35,398 nucleotides of DNA from Catajapyx aquilonaris (Eukaryota), in contig JYFJ02004033.1 in assembly GCA_000934665.2 (NCBI GenBank), positions 1 through 35,398 on the forward strand, read 5' to 3'. Below the pieces are notes generated by a model, which was not told the DNA's origin, ran no database searches, and saw nothing but the letters and a program-made list of their open reading frames with translations. Below are positions 24,051 to 35,398 of this stretch, piece after piece (the stretch's first letter is position 1; each line of letters begins with the position of its first letter). Both the position numbers and the translations under genes were made by a program.

Positions 24051-24924
24051 GTACCGCTTATTAGACGCAAGTAAGACACATTTAAGCAGTCTGGCTGGGT
24101 ACCTAAACAAAGGAATGAGAAGTTCTCTAGAATGTCTCAGGTATCGGATACTCTAGTACCGGTATTGCTAAAATATAACGAGAGTGTATTATTAAGGGGC
24201 CAGCTAATTGCAGTGTGCATCTATTCTAAGTTGTGTAATACCCGTTCCATATTTTTGCAGCTTGTTGGAAGTCTATTATTCTCGTAAAACCGAAGACCTG
24301 ACGTGCATAACGATCAGTTCATACTAACGAGTTCTATGAAATGAGGCTTTGAAGTTCGAAGATTGCGGTCTCTTACGGGCTTCCTATTTTTCCAAACATT
24401 TCTGTATAGGGTTCGGTAATTTCTATAACAAAAAGGCGAGTTAACATCAGAAAATACGCATCAAATACTGAATTAGGTCTCAATTATGACTTTGATCCCT
24501 CTGCAGATCAAAGCTTCACTTTTATCATTTGTAATGTGGTAGACCAATAGAAGAAACCTTACATTATCCAGCTCAGTCGATCTATGACTATATGACTGGC
24601 ATTTCTTACACAAATCGTTCTTTTATGAACTTGATGTAGACTTTTTACAGCAGTCGTTGTCGGTTTTAATGCCTATAAATCTGTGCTAGACGTACGAAAC
24701 GAGCAACGCGTCTCGACTTATATAGGCATTATTCTCACTTCAACTGGGCGTTACAACGATGATACAACCTTATGGAAAGTTGTACCATTACAAAGACAAT
24801 AACGAAATTGTAAGGGGGCATGTTTCTTCGGGACCCAAATCCAGTTACAACGTGGTGTATGCAGCACAACTTTCCAGCACTTCGCCAGACTCTATGCAAA
24901 TTCATTATCGGCTCTCAGGAGGAT

Positions 24925-25020
24925 AAGATGATGTCTAGTGGTTACGCCTCTGGTCAGCCAAGTGGGAGGTCCGGGGTTCAAATTCCATGCCCAACTCCGA
25001 ACTCTTATGATTGTAGTCAT
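24925..25020 (+). mobile_element. SINE head fragment of the 17472 family
   Basis: atgatgtctagtggttacgcctctggtcagccaagtgggaggtccggggttcaaattcc aligns with the 17480-17537 head. Confidence 0.8.
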
Positions 25021-25089
25021 TATAGTATACCATCTGTTATCATGCCTTACAGACGCTTTATAGGTCTATGAACGTTTCCATTATTGATG

Positions 25090-25242
25090 AGATGATGATG
25101 ATGATGGATATCCCGTGATCGGCCTCACGCCTCTTGGAGATTTATTAACTTTATACGGATGTTATTCATAACCTCAATGACGGTGGGTTTGAGAAGAACC
25201 GGAAAAAACCACGCAAATGTATACAAAACCCATCGAAAATCC
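25090..25242 (-). mobile_element. 5'-truncated SINE related to the 18714 family
   Basis: Reverse complement reads ttcgatggg...tttgcgtggttttttccggttcttc...aggccgatcacgggatatcc(atc)n. Confidence 0.7.
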
Positions 25243-28200
25243 CTTTTGCATTTTATACGCACCCTGTTTTAAGTATAGTTAACAATGGTATATTTTAACA
25301 TGGTGGTTTATTATAGGCGAGTGGTTAGGAGCATGCTCAAGCTGTTATTTAGGCCCAATAGAAGAGTATAAAATATAGGAATGAGAATCCATCCCATTTC
25401 ATTGGAAATTATGTAGAGGAATCTATGAATGGAATATATCTCATAGCAACATCTCTTACCGGTACCTATTTATGGCTGGAAGGCTTATCAGGCAGTGGTA
25501 GTGGCATTAAGTTGTGATTATGCTGGAAATGGTAGTATAGGGAATATTAGGCAGGGAGTATCACCCATGAAACAGGATTGCTATACTATAAATGTGGTGG
25601 GCTTATACAGGATATTCCCTATACTGCCAATGCATATTGTAATCTATATTTTTATTAGCTCAATTTTCTTAATCCCTCTGCAAAAATTAATCAACGTACA
25701 ATGTAATGCTAATTGCAGTCATATACCACTACACAGCTCCCATGGACTTGATAATAATAATTAATTCCCCTTCTCATAGTGACTCAGGCTTATCACGGTT
25801 AAAATTAAAGGACGTTCCGTCGTTATAACGTTGGGATCTTGGGAAGGAAGGTAGGCCTATAGTTCTAAATTCGACACACCATGAGCTCCGCTTTCCTGCA
25901 CTCCACAATAATTAAGGCAATTGTTTACGCAATCAATTTTACATTTGCATAAATGGACGTCAGGCACGCGTTAATCAACTGCAGTGGAAAATTTAATTGC
26001 GACAACAGTTACTGAAGTGCAGCCCAAGTGTCATATACATCTCACGTGCCAAATTTTGCCCTGGACTTGGCGAATTTACTCTGTCTCATTTTTGGGCTAC
26101 CTGGATGACAGTTGTTTGCACTCTTCTTAATAAGAATAATCCCGGCAGTGTAATCCTCTCCTGTCTAAATTAACTATGTTTTTGATGGCGAGTAGTAAGT
26201 GCAGCGTACTTGCTTCCTCCCAGAGTATACCTTATAATCAGAATACGTTGATTATGGCCACTATATGTATAGTGTCTCTCACAGAACTTCTACGTTGACT
26301 ATAGAGTCGGACGAGATCAGAACAACGTAATGTCACCCACAACATCCCATCATTTGTTTGCATATTTCCAGCTATAAAAAGTACAACTGTCTATGTAAAA
26401 AAAAATTCAAGTATGACCTTAATTTCCCATTTGATACACTGAAGGTTTGTGTTACATATACTGTGGGGGCAGGAGACCCTTGGGATTCTTGCTATGATAT
26501 TTAATTATTGCTAATTGCTACTATATGAAGTAATTAAATATACAGTGCATCGAAATCGTGCAGTAAGTTGTTTGACTATTTTGGACGTTTGAAATCCCTT
26601 CATATTCTCAAAATTATGGCAGTATATTATGATGCAAAATTATAATATGGTTTGCATCTTGATGCTGCTGGTAAGAGTTGTTGTAATTATTCAAAACATG
26701 GTTGAGACCTCATCAGAAATGTGCGTATTATCTTATGTACACATAAGGGGAAGATACTCGAGGCAAGTCCATACACCAATATATATGTTTAAAAATGGTC
26801 GCCAGCTGTCAGGTAGGCGTGACATGTTGCACCAGAGATTCCTGCAATAGACTCCATATATGAAAGATACGGCTTCAATTTGTTGCTCCTTCTGTGAGAG
26901 GGAGCAAATAGGGTGGGGAGATTGCAAATTATCTCACTGAGTGAGTATGGTAGGGTCGTATAACTTTTAATGATTTTTCACATGTATATGATTTCGATAT
27001 CAGTTGCAGAAAAAGATGTGGCTGTTGCACTTTATACCCGTATAGCAATTACCATTGCTTGTAAACTACGTCGGTGTACGTAGTACTTGGCCCGCAAAAA
27101 TATTTGCGCCGGGGAAAGTCGTAAACATGTTATCTTGCTTGTTATACCCAGCTGGCTTTGGCGGGAAGGGTTAATATTTAATTTTATTAAGATTAACAAA
27201 TCAAGGTTTCATGTACGAGTAAGGTTTGGCTCAGAAGTGTTCAGAATTGGACGTTTTATTCCTGTACATTAAATATTTAGTCCCAAATTATTTACACTAA
27301 AGATGTTCAAAACTCCCGCCACGCTCGGACTTTGATGGTGATGACCGACCTTTTTTTTATCATAACTTTAGTTCAAGGTCTTTCAGGAGGAACAAGGTCA
27401 GTGTATGGACTTGCTCCGGTGAAAAGTTTTGACCCCAATCATGTCACAGTATAAGTTACGTAAACGGTACAAAATAAATGTGCGTATATGTTATGAAAAA
27501 TATGGGCATATAAAATAATGCTTAATTGACTCATGCGTTGAAAAAACAATACCTTTCCGGCAATGAACATCGAAAAATTATCTATAAATATTGTACAGAC
27601 TTTCCCCACTACCTCTTAATCATAATTATATGCTCCTTGAGGAAAAAAAAATATTAATGCTACACTGATGACTAATACAAAATAGCGGTGTCAACAAATT
27701 CCGACGAAAACAAAATGGAAACCATTGGGTTAAGCAAGTTCAATGATGTATCAGCGTGCATATTTAAAATAACAGCATCCAAGGTGTGCACTGTACAATC
27801 AATAATAGTACACATTCTAACTCTACTTGAATAGTAATACACGTATAGTCCATTGTTGTCCTGTTGATCGTGCACGGTCCCATCACTATGTACTATCTTG
27901 CGTTATTTTACGTGAGCTAGATGTGAATTTTATGAGTCGAGGGAAGCGCAAGCAGGCGAAGAACTATTTCTGTCCCTCTCACCGTCTCTGCGGCAAAGGG
28001 TCGCTTGGTCATTGCGAACCGACCATACAATATTACAAGTACATGTACAACAGCGTCGCAGTGAGCGAAAGTGTCATTGGCTATTCACCAACAGTTTTTT
28101 TGGCATGATCGGGAAGGTCACAGGGTTGGCTCAACAATGGTGGAATTTTACTAATGTATGCTATAGATTGGTTGGTAGCAATTTCTTCCTCAATTCAGTG

Positions 28201-29221
28201 GTTGTGCAGCTATAGTACACAACTTACGCTGTTAATAATTTTATTTGAATTTATCAAATTGGCAATTCAGTTGTATCGTACATTATTATTGCTGAGTGAA
28301 ACTGAGCTTTGAAAGTTTAACTGAATCATCCTATGGACACAAGTCCGGTACTATCATAATAATCACTACCTGATACTTATTTCAAAGCCCTTCTGACTGG
28401 TGCACCTCCAATAGTGCCTCAATATACAAGACATTGTAATTATAATTATACATATAAAACATAATTTTGAAATGAACTACAAGGTAGAACTGGGCGGCCA
28501 GAAAAGCAGGATTCCCTGACTGAAATGGTGAGTAATAATTAGGCACATGGTTAATTAACGCATTCTGTTTCCTGTATGACAGGTTGAATAATGCTGTGGA
28601 CCGCATAGACACCATCACTGCCAGGTAAAATTATTTCAAAGCTTCCTTCTAGTAGAGAAGTTGCATGCGAATAGTACATAGCCTATTACAAGCGTATAAT
28701 GTCAAGTTGCAGTTTTAATCAATCACACGCGTTGGATTTTGTTATTTCTCTATATAATTATTAAGATGAATTAATATCTATAGATTTTTGCTCTACCAAA
28801 ATGCATAAATTTTCAAGGGTATGGTGCTATTGGTACTCTGACGTGCACAGCAGGCTTTACTAAATGAACAAGTTAAAAGTTGAATCAGTCTCTCTCTGAC
28901 AGTGAACATAATCAAAGCAGCAATCGAATATCAATTTTTGATTGCGCAACAAGTGCAGTTCATGCTAATTGCAGCTGTGAAGGTCAAATACGAGTGACCT
29001 TGCAATGTCAATAGCACTTCACCTTTTTATATTGCAGATGCACTTTCTAAACTTAGGCCTAATGATTTTGTAACTTATCACAAAACCAGTGACACAATTA
29101 CACATCATATATATTATTATCTTTGCACATGAGATAACAAAAGTCATCTGCGTTTCGCATAGTTAAAATTTCTGATTTAAGCTATTCTCAAAGCTATAAT
29201 GCCTGTATGAAGGTTCATTAA

Positions 29222-29639
29222 CCCTTTGACGCCTGTGTTTTTTGGGTAGTTTTCTTCGCTTTTTGACTAAAATTTGTAGTAGGAGTGATAGAAATGAAAA
29301 CAATATGCTCCAATATTTATATCATTTTAACTCGTGGTGGTCCTTTTGAAAGTAAAATTACGAAAAAATTCACCTATACAGGGTGTTCCAGAATTTTTAA
29401 ATGCAATTAACTTTAAGTGTAATTTAATTTAATTTTTTAAGGTCACTATAAAATTGCTGCTATGGTTACATAATAATACTAAAACACTGTACTATGAGAA
29501 ATTTTGTGGGTGCCGAGTCGCCATCCACTAGATGACAGAAGGAGTTTGACCCGCTAACTTTGCCTTCTGCATGCGAACACTTCGCCGCCAGATTCAAAAA
29601 CGGGAAGGACATCATATGATGTCCGTATGCGTCAAAGGG
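29222..29639. mobile_element. piggyBac-type MITE
   Basis: TTAA|CCCTTTGACGC ... GCGTCAAAGGG|TAA (right TSD one base short). Confidence 0.7.
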
Positions 29640-30494
29640 TAACACAGGATAGTGGAAATGCCTGCCATATTAGCACAATATATTTTAAAGTAAGGCAGCC
29701 AGCCGAGGAAGGATTTGGTAAGTACCGTACCGTACGTGCACTGTATGATTGTACTGTATAAGATAAGTGTACAGTATGTTCTAAGGCTACATTGAAGTTA
29801 TATCATGTCGGAGAGTTGAACTGATTGTCTTTAAAATAAGTGATGAAAGCAGAAATGGGGAATAAGAAGTGAGAATATGAACCAGAAAAAATGGTAATAT
29901 TCACAATTCATCATAATATCATGCGATAACTTCATTTGGTTTCCACATGTGTTTTTCAGTAAGATACTGTACTACAAGTATCTTGGCAACATTCTAAAAA
30001 CCCTCAGCTTGATCTTATTCACTTCATCTGATCCCATAACATTAATTTATTTAAAAAATATTCTATAACTTACTACAGTAAAATTCAACTAAGGACTATT
30101 CGCGACTTTTCTGCATACCGGTATTTTTTAAAGAGCAAAATTCAAATGCCTTATCTCATTAAAAAACCTGTCATTAACATAATGTCACAAAAAAGTATAC
30201 CTGATGAGAGCATTCGTTCCCACCACAACCTCTCGCTTAACTACCTCGCATACTGATCCTCACACTTTGCTCATGAAATCGCATGCAGCGAGCCAGACTG
30301 GGGCGTCTAACCGCTAACAGGGAGCACCTAAAATAACTAAATGCTGAATAATTTGCGCAATTACACTTAGTGAGTCCATTGCGGCGAGAGTGAAAAGGTG
30401 TAAATGGTACGATATTTAAAAGTTCGATAGAGAGTTTCCTTGCCAATCTCAGGCAAACAAGATAATATAATGTTTGTTTTTTTCCCCTCTCTTA

Positions 30495-30901
30495 GGGCCG
30501 ATTTCTCGAACAGTGGTTCAAATGTAAACAAAGTTCAAATCCGGTTTGAACCAAGTTCAGGGAAATTTCCATGGGCCGAATTCAGAGAGGTTGCTTAACG
30601 TAAACGCGCCCGATTAAATCCTTTAGTCAGCCTCGATTAGCAAATTTAATCAACCTGCTAATACAAAGACGGCGATTAGCGCTAAACGCCCCCTAATCGC
30701 ACTTGCTAGCACTTTTAAATTTGCTAATCGAGGATGACTAAAGGATTTAATCGGGCGCGTTTACGTTAAGCAACCTCTCTGAATTCGAGGGTTTAAGCTC
30801 GAGAAATGCTCACACTCGGAAGGGGAGTTTAAACTGCATCCAGCGTGTAGACGCAAACTCAAGTTCAAACTGACTTGAACTACTGTTCGAGAAATCGGCC
30901 C
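30495..30901. mobile_element. PIF/Harbinger-type MITE
   Basis: TTA|GGGCCGATTTCTCGAACAGTGGTTCAA ... TTGAACTACTGTTCGAGAAATCGGCCC|TTA (27-bp TIR, 1 mismatch, 3-bp TTA TSD). Confidence 0.9.
30573..30787. mobile_element. Second Harbinger-type foldback MITE nested in 30495-30901
   Basis: Starts GGGCCGAATTCAGAGAGG. 73-bp arms 30577-30649 / 30715-30787 with one mismatch; the last 4 nt of the right terminus are missing. Confidence 0.85.
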
Positions 30902-31764
30902 TTAGTTACTGAGATTTTTATGGCGTAAAATTGGAAGAAGATGATGCGTGACTGTATAGAAGTATCTTCAGACTATGGAAGCTAAACCAACGAAATTATA
31001 GCATGGTATATAGTCATGAGCTCATCGGAATGATATTCACCAAGCAAACAAATAAAGTCCTTAAAAGTCCTCAAACATGAAGAACTTTGAAGTATACAAG
31101 CAGTATATGTACTGAGGTAATGCATTTGCTGACATGATTTGCTATAAACATCAACGTTCGCTATTTAGTCGATTGACTTTCCAAGACTAACTTGTTCATT
31201 ACACAGCACACATATAGGTCTATCGGTCGATTCCAGCGCACATGTACTAGCTTCGAGTAGTGTCTCATACAATTTAATGGATGTGTAACTGCTGCTAATT
31301 TTGCATCATTTTTGCGTGATGGTGACTTTCCTACCACAAGACTATAATAAATGGCACCTGCGAATATATACTGTACATTCAAACTAACAAAAAGCACCAT
31401 AACCTCCGAGCTTCTTCAATATTTCACTCTATCGCTGTCAAATACATAATCATTAACAGTACGGTACCTCCTAAATTTAAATGACCATACTTTGAAAAGG
31501 CAAGTCATTAAATTATTGTACGTATAGTTTTAACTGTAATTTGCTGCTCAGGGCATAGAATTAAAAATGTTCAATTAGGTACATGACATTAATGGGTACA
31601 TTATTACAATGGGTACATTACAATGTATCAAATTGTATCCAAAATTCTAAAAAAAAAAACTATGGACAGACTGTAATAAAGTATAGTAACTAACGGCAGA
31701 GATTCACAAATGCTGCACAAATATTAAAAAGTTTGGTCACTTTTTGCGTTACTTATAACTTATA

Positions 31765-31795
31765 CTAGCAGATTACCCGGCGTTGCCCGCGTATA
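31765..31795 (-). mobile_element. Helitron 3' terminus
   Basis: Minus strand ...cgcgggcaacgccgggtaatctgCTAG|T: a GC-rich subterminal motif then CTAG before a T. The 5' end was not located. Confidence 0.65.
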
Positions 31796-32421
31796 TGTTG
31801 TGGTGGTAGTGGTCGGGATATCCATTTTTATAGGAGGTTTTTTTGGGGATAAAATTTGCATTCTATAATATATTATACACTCGATATGCCTTAAAACTGG
31901 CATTATAATTATGTGCCATTGTGTAGTAGGCTAACTGAAAACAATAAGCCTAAGTTTGTCATTACCTGTGAAGGGCACATGGCGATGATTCCCGTTCTTG
32001 TACCAAACGATCCGGCAATTTTTTATCAATCTCGTCTACCCATTAAATGAACGCCGATTAACAATTGACTTACCCTCTTCTTGCACCATACCCTTCAATA
32101 TTATTGCAGCAATATTTTGATAATGCCAGAGCCAAACCTCTTTGTGTGTTGCACATGTGGTAAAGTCAGGTGTCTATTGTTAGGCACAACTTCTTAGTAT
32201 GTAGTAATGGAAATTCATTGTTGCGTTGTTGCTTCTGTGCAGCTTGTCTGGCTGTTGTAAGTTCTAGACGGGACTGGCGTTAACTGTCTGTTTCATGCTG
32301 CCTTTTAGTTCGTTTGCGTTTGGCAGCAGGCGATTGTTCCAAAGTGTTACACTTCTTTCTATGCATTTGATTGAGAAACAGGAAGGGGTTCAAGTTTCCA
32401 TAGAGAATAATAGGGAATACA

Positions 32422-32841
32422 CCGAAGCAGTAGTGGTGTAGTGGATATGGTGTCCGACTGCTAATCGGGAGGTCCTGGGTTCGAATCTCGGAGGCCGGCG
32501 ATCCTGACCTTGGTTTTCTGTGGTTTCCCAAGGTTGCTCCAGGAATAATTTCCGGGATCGTACCGTAAAATAGGCCACAGCCGCTTCCTTCCGTTCCCTG
32601 TCCTGGAGGAGGTGCGGGTCAGGCGGTGGTTTCTGACCCGCATCAAGGGGATCATCTATGGCGAACGGACCCCCTGAGGGACTGCACACGACCCCCAACT
32701 TGAGACATTGCACATGCACCAGTGTCCCCCCCTCCTATCCCTACCCTGTCCCTGCACGATAGTGGTAATCCACTCCCCTAAGAGAGCCCATGGCTCTAGC
32801 ACGGGGTATATCTAAATAAAATAAATAAAAATAAATAAATA
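32422..32841 (+). mobile_element. Full-length tRNA-derived SINE with (TAAA)n tail
   Basis: A box tggtgtagtgg, anticodon-like stem-loop ccga-ctgctaa-tcgg, B box ggttcgaatctc and 3' end cacggggta. 16-bp TSD aataatagggaataca at 32406-32421 and 32842-32857. Confidence 0.93.
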
Positions 32842-33434
32842 AATAATAGGGAATACAGTGTAGTCGCAAAACCTTTTTTTGCACAACATAAATATGAAAA
32901 CATCAATATTATTGAGACTGCATCGTCTGCCATCACATCCTCTCTGGTTACCAAGCAATCATGCAAGTAAAAAACCTATACTTCCCGGTATAGATGATGC
33001 AATAATATTATATGGACGACCTCCTACTCTGCAAGCTGATACAAACGGGGTATTGCTGTTCGTTAGTATGGTGTTGGATTCAATGGACGATCAGTTTCCA
33101 AGAGGTGGGAAATTCCGGGATGTTTGTGTGTTTGTGAATGAGTTTGGAAATACATATAGGAGGACTCAAATGAGCATCACTCAGTACATTCTCGTGATTT
33201 GTGTCCTGGATAGGACGTTTACTGGTTCAAGCAGTGTATACGCGTCCTTACAATAACAATGACAGGGCTCATCAAGTCCTCATAAGCAAACAAGAGTTAG
33301 CTCAGGTCAACTTTAGTATTCTATATGACAGTTCAATTAATTTATGTAAAGTTAAGGAAGAAGGTTAAGGGCTACAGTATAGCCTATGTGCATAGTTGTT
33401 TTCAAAAAATTTGTTTTGGCCATGGTATATAGCC

Positions 33435-33499
33435 TACTCAAAAATTCAAATGAAGGTTGCTGCTTACTAAGCAGCAACCTTCATTTGAATTTTTGAGTA
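33435..33499. repeat. Perfect palindrome: 32-bp arms, 1-nt centre
   Basis: tactcaaaaattcaaatgaaggttgctgctta-c-taagcagcaaccttcatttgaatttttgagta. Confidence 0.97.
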
Positions 33500-34052
33500 T
33501 AGTGTACATGGCCAAAACGCTAAGTATGCAATAATGAAACTCACTTTTCAGAAGTGAAAAGAACCTGTTCAAGGTTATCCTGAGTAGCCCCGCAACCCAA
33601 ATGACTAAATTTAGGCTCAACTTTTAGTGTATATTGAATGCACCTAGTTTTACGTTAAAGCCCGCTGTGTTCGCCACTTACTGTATCTTTTATGTGGTAG
33701 GTGTTGCTATCTGGCGGGCTTAGTAGGCTAGTCTTCGTTAAATGTTGCCACATGGTGCACAGTTTTATTAGTAGAATTAGATATTAGATGAACGAAAATT
33801 CATGTGGTTTTTACGCCGTAAAAATGTTGCAGGAATATTCGCGTGGTATAAATGACTCGCGAGTCTCCAACATGCGAAATTGCAAACCCGACATGAGATA
33901 TCCCGTGTTTGCTCTATATGGATTCAAGATGGCGTTCGTTGGCAACACAGGCCAAACCGGTGGTCCAAACAGCTGGTGGTGGAAGCGGAGTGATCTCGCA
34001 CTGTCAGTCTTCCATTGAATGACTATATTAGAGTGGCTGTCATATAGCTATG

Positions 34053-34230
34053 GTCATTTTGTGAGCTCCGCCGGGTGGTTCGTTTATCGGAAATTCCACC
34101 CTAGACGAAGCCGGAGATGACCCCGAACTCCGCACGAGATGAAAGGGGGGGAAAGCCCGGGCTTGGGATCGAACCCGGGACCCTTCCATCCGTGGGCGCT
34201 TACGTTACCGCAGCGTCACTCCGCCTTCCC
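34053..34230 (-). mobile_element. 3'-truncated SINE of the 5611 family
   Basis: Reverse complement gggaaggcggagtgacgctgcggtaacg...cccacgga...gggttcgatccc...ccacccggcggagctcacaaaatgac aligns with 5611-5783. Confidence 0.9.
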
Positions 34231-34456
34231 AAATGTAAGTAATACTTAAAATCGCTTCAAATGCAATGAAACAAGAAATGTGGAAATTCAGAGTATATAC
34301 TGGAGACCTATCCGTATGCTTACATCTGACAATAAGTAGTGTACAGCTAAGAGTGCATTAGATACATGGTATAGATGGTCCAAAACATTCAAATAGGTTA
34401 TTAAAAGCATGCCCTTGAACATCTGACCCCGCCTAGGGGCGCCTGTGGACGGGTAG

Positions 34457-35034
34457 TGTCCACGGACGTGACAAACACTCTGTTTATTCCACGTAAAACG
34501 TGGTAAGTTTAGGTTACAAACTTTTAGTTCAAATGAGTAAGCTCTTTGTACCTAATGGCACACGTACTTGAGCAAAAATTGAAATTATTTGAACTGCTTA
34601 CCTACATTTTCCAGGTGCCACAGACGTGACGCACTGATCTCGACATTTCACTAAATCTGACGTTTAGAGCAGAATTACACGCATTCAAGCAACCAACCCA
34701 ACAGGTTTTTGATTCAGCTTCTCAATATGGCTGCATCAGCGAGCAAAAAGACAAAAATCCTACACGCAGCTGCTTCCTGGATGATTTTATAACAGTTTTC
34801 GTTTTTGTCCACGGACGTGACGAGAGACCTTGTGACAAAATTCCTCTTGCAATAAAATCGATGCAATTTGGAACTTCAGGACAAAGAATGCACTTAGCCT
34901 TTACCTTCAGTATTCCTTTCTCCATTACTCTAATATAAAAAGTGAAATAACATCTTATGCCTTGCATAAAAATAGACAAAACTACGAAAGTGAAGGTTGG
35001 GACAAGCCACGGACGTGACATGTCACGCTCTGTG
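34457..35034. repeat. Spaced direct repeats of CCACGGACGTGAC, probably subterminal repeats of a DNA transposon
   Basis: Copies at ~34460, 34618 (1 mismatch), 34809 and 35007; the last is followed by an inverted degenerate copy (tgtcacgctctgtg). Confidence 0.75.
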
Positions 35035-35398
35035 ACCTAAAGAAAAATATGAAAGAATTTTCTCAGTACATATTTGTTATGTGCCCCGTATTCCACAAGT
35101 TGCAATCTTATTTCTTTGCATGTTATCTGGTTTTCAGATATTCTAATTATTAAGGTGGAAATGAAGCGACTTCTAATCAAATGAGAGTCTAGAATTGGAA
35201 TGTTAACAAGAAGGGCTAAAATCAGGTAAACATACGCAACCGATGCAGCAGTAAATGCTGTTCAATCCTATGCATTCCATTCGAATCTGCGTTTTAAACT
35301 TGATTTAATATGGGCCTATTACCGGCTGCAAGTTTTTGTGCGCAGGCGCCATTTTCACGACTGCCAACTTAAACATGGTATTTGGAGGTGTGCTTAAT

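Noticed and set aside
26696..26716. Minimal hammerhead ribozyme on the minus strand (CTGATGAGGTCTC-AACCATGT)
   Set aside because: The required GAAA is corrupted and stem I is unconvincing; at best a dead relic.
28522..29722. Plus-strand splice donors (ATG|GTGAGT ~28528, TTG|GTAAGT ~29717)
   Set aside because: No matching acceptor or coding frame could be linked; compatible with chance.
30201..30225. Hammerhead core CTGATGA followed by a small stem
   Set aside because: No GAAA after stem II.
32572..32672. HDV-like ribozyme in the SINE body (ATGGCGAACGGAC resembles the HDV ribozyme 3' end)
   Set aside because: I could not assemble P1/P3/P1.1/P4 in the required order; the upstream sequence folds into simple hairpins instead.
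372..35021. All ORFs in the supplied track as genes
   Set aside because: They are short, often have non-ATG starts, and have no recognisable domains. Many overlap hairpins, SINEs or microsatellites (poly-L/I/Y ORFs at 5772-6122, 13448-13707, 17664-18061). Only 18413-18604 has a recognisable, pseudogenic transposase fragment.
34457..35034. CRISPR array
   Set aside because: The repeat is only 13 bp with ~145-185 bp spacers, in a eukaryotic context with no cas genes.

Overview
Eukaryotic, AT-rich and almost entirely non-coding DNA. It looks like an arthropod, probably an insect intron or intergenic region; the taxon is inferred from repeat types only. None of the listed ORFs is a credible intact gene. 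The window is a mosaic of small non-autonomous transposons. These include at least four tRNA-headed SINE types (four copies with clear 14-19 bp target-site duplications, six copies sharing one 3' terminal motif) and many MITE/foldback elements with Tc1/mariner-type (TA), piggyBac-type (TTAA) and PIF/Harbinger-type (TTA) ends, some nested. There is also one apparently complete non-autonomous Helitron, decayed LINE and transposase remnants, two perfect palindromes with a 1-nt centre, and (AAT)n tracts. A CpG-rich patch at about 21.6-23.2 kb carries a plausible minus-strand promoter and first exon (Inr-like TCAGTT, GA-rich tract, ATG GGC GAA TTC CAG|GTAAG). It is followed downstream by a visibly CpG-depleted domain of about 10-21.5 kb, compatible with gene-body methylation. 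I found no evidence for a new protein-coding system; the most unusual signals are structural, in repeat architecture. All counts are by eye and no database search was run.
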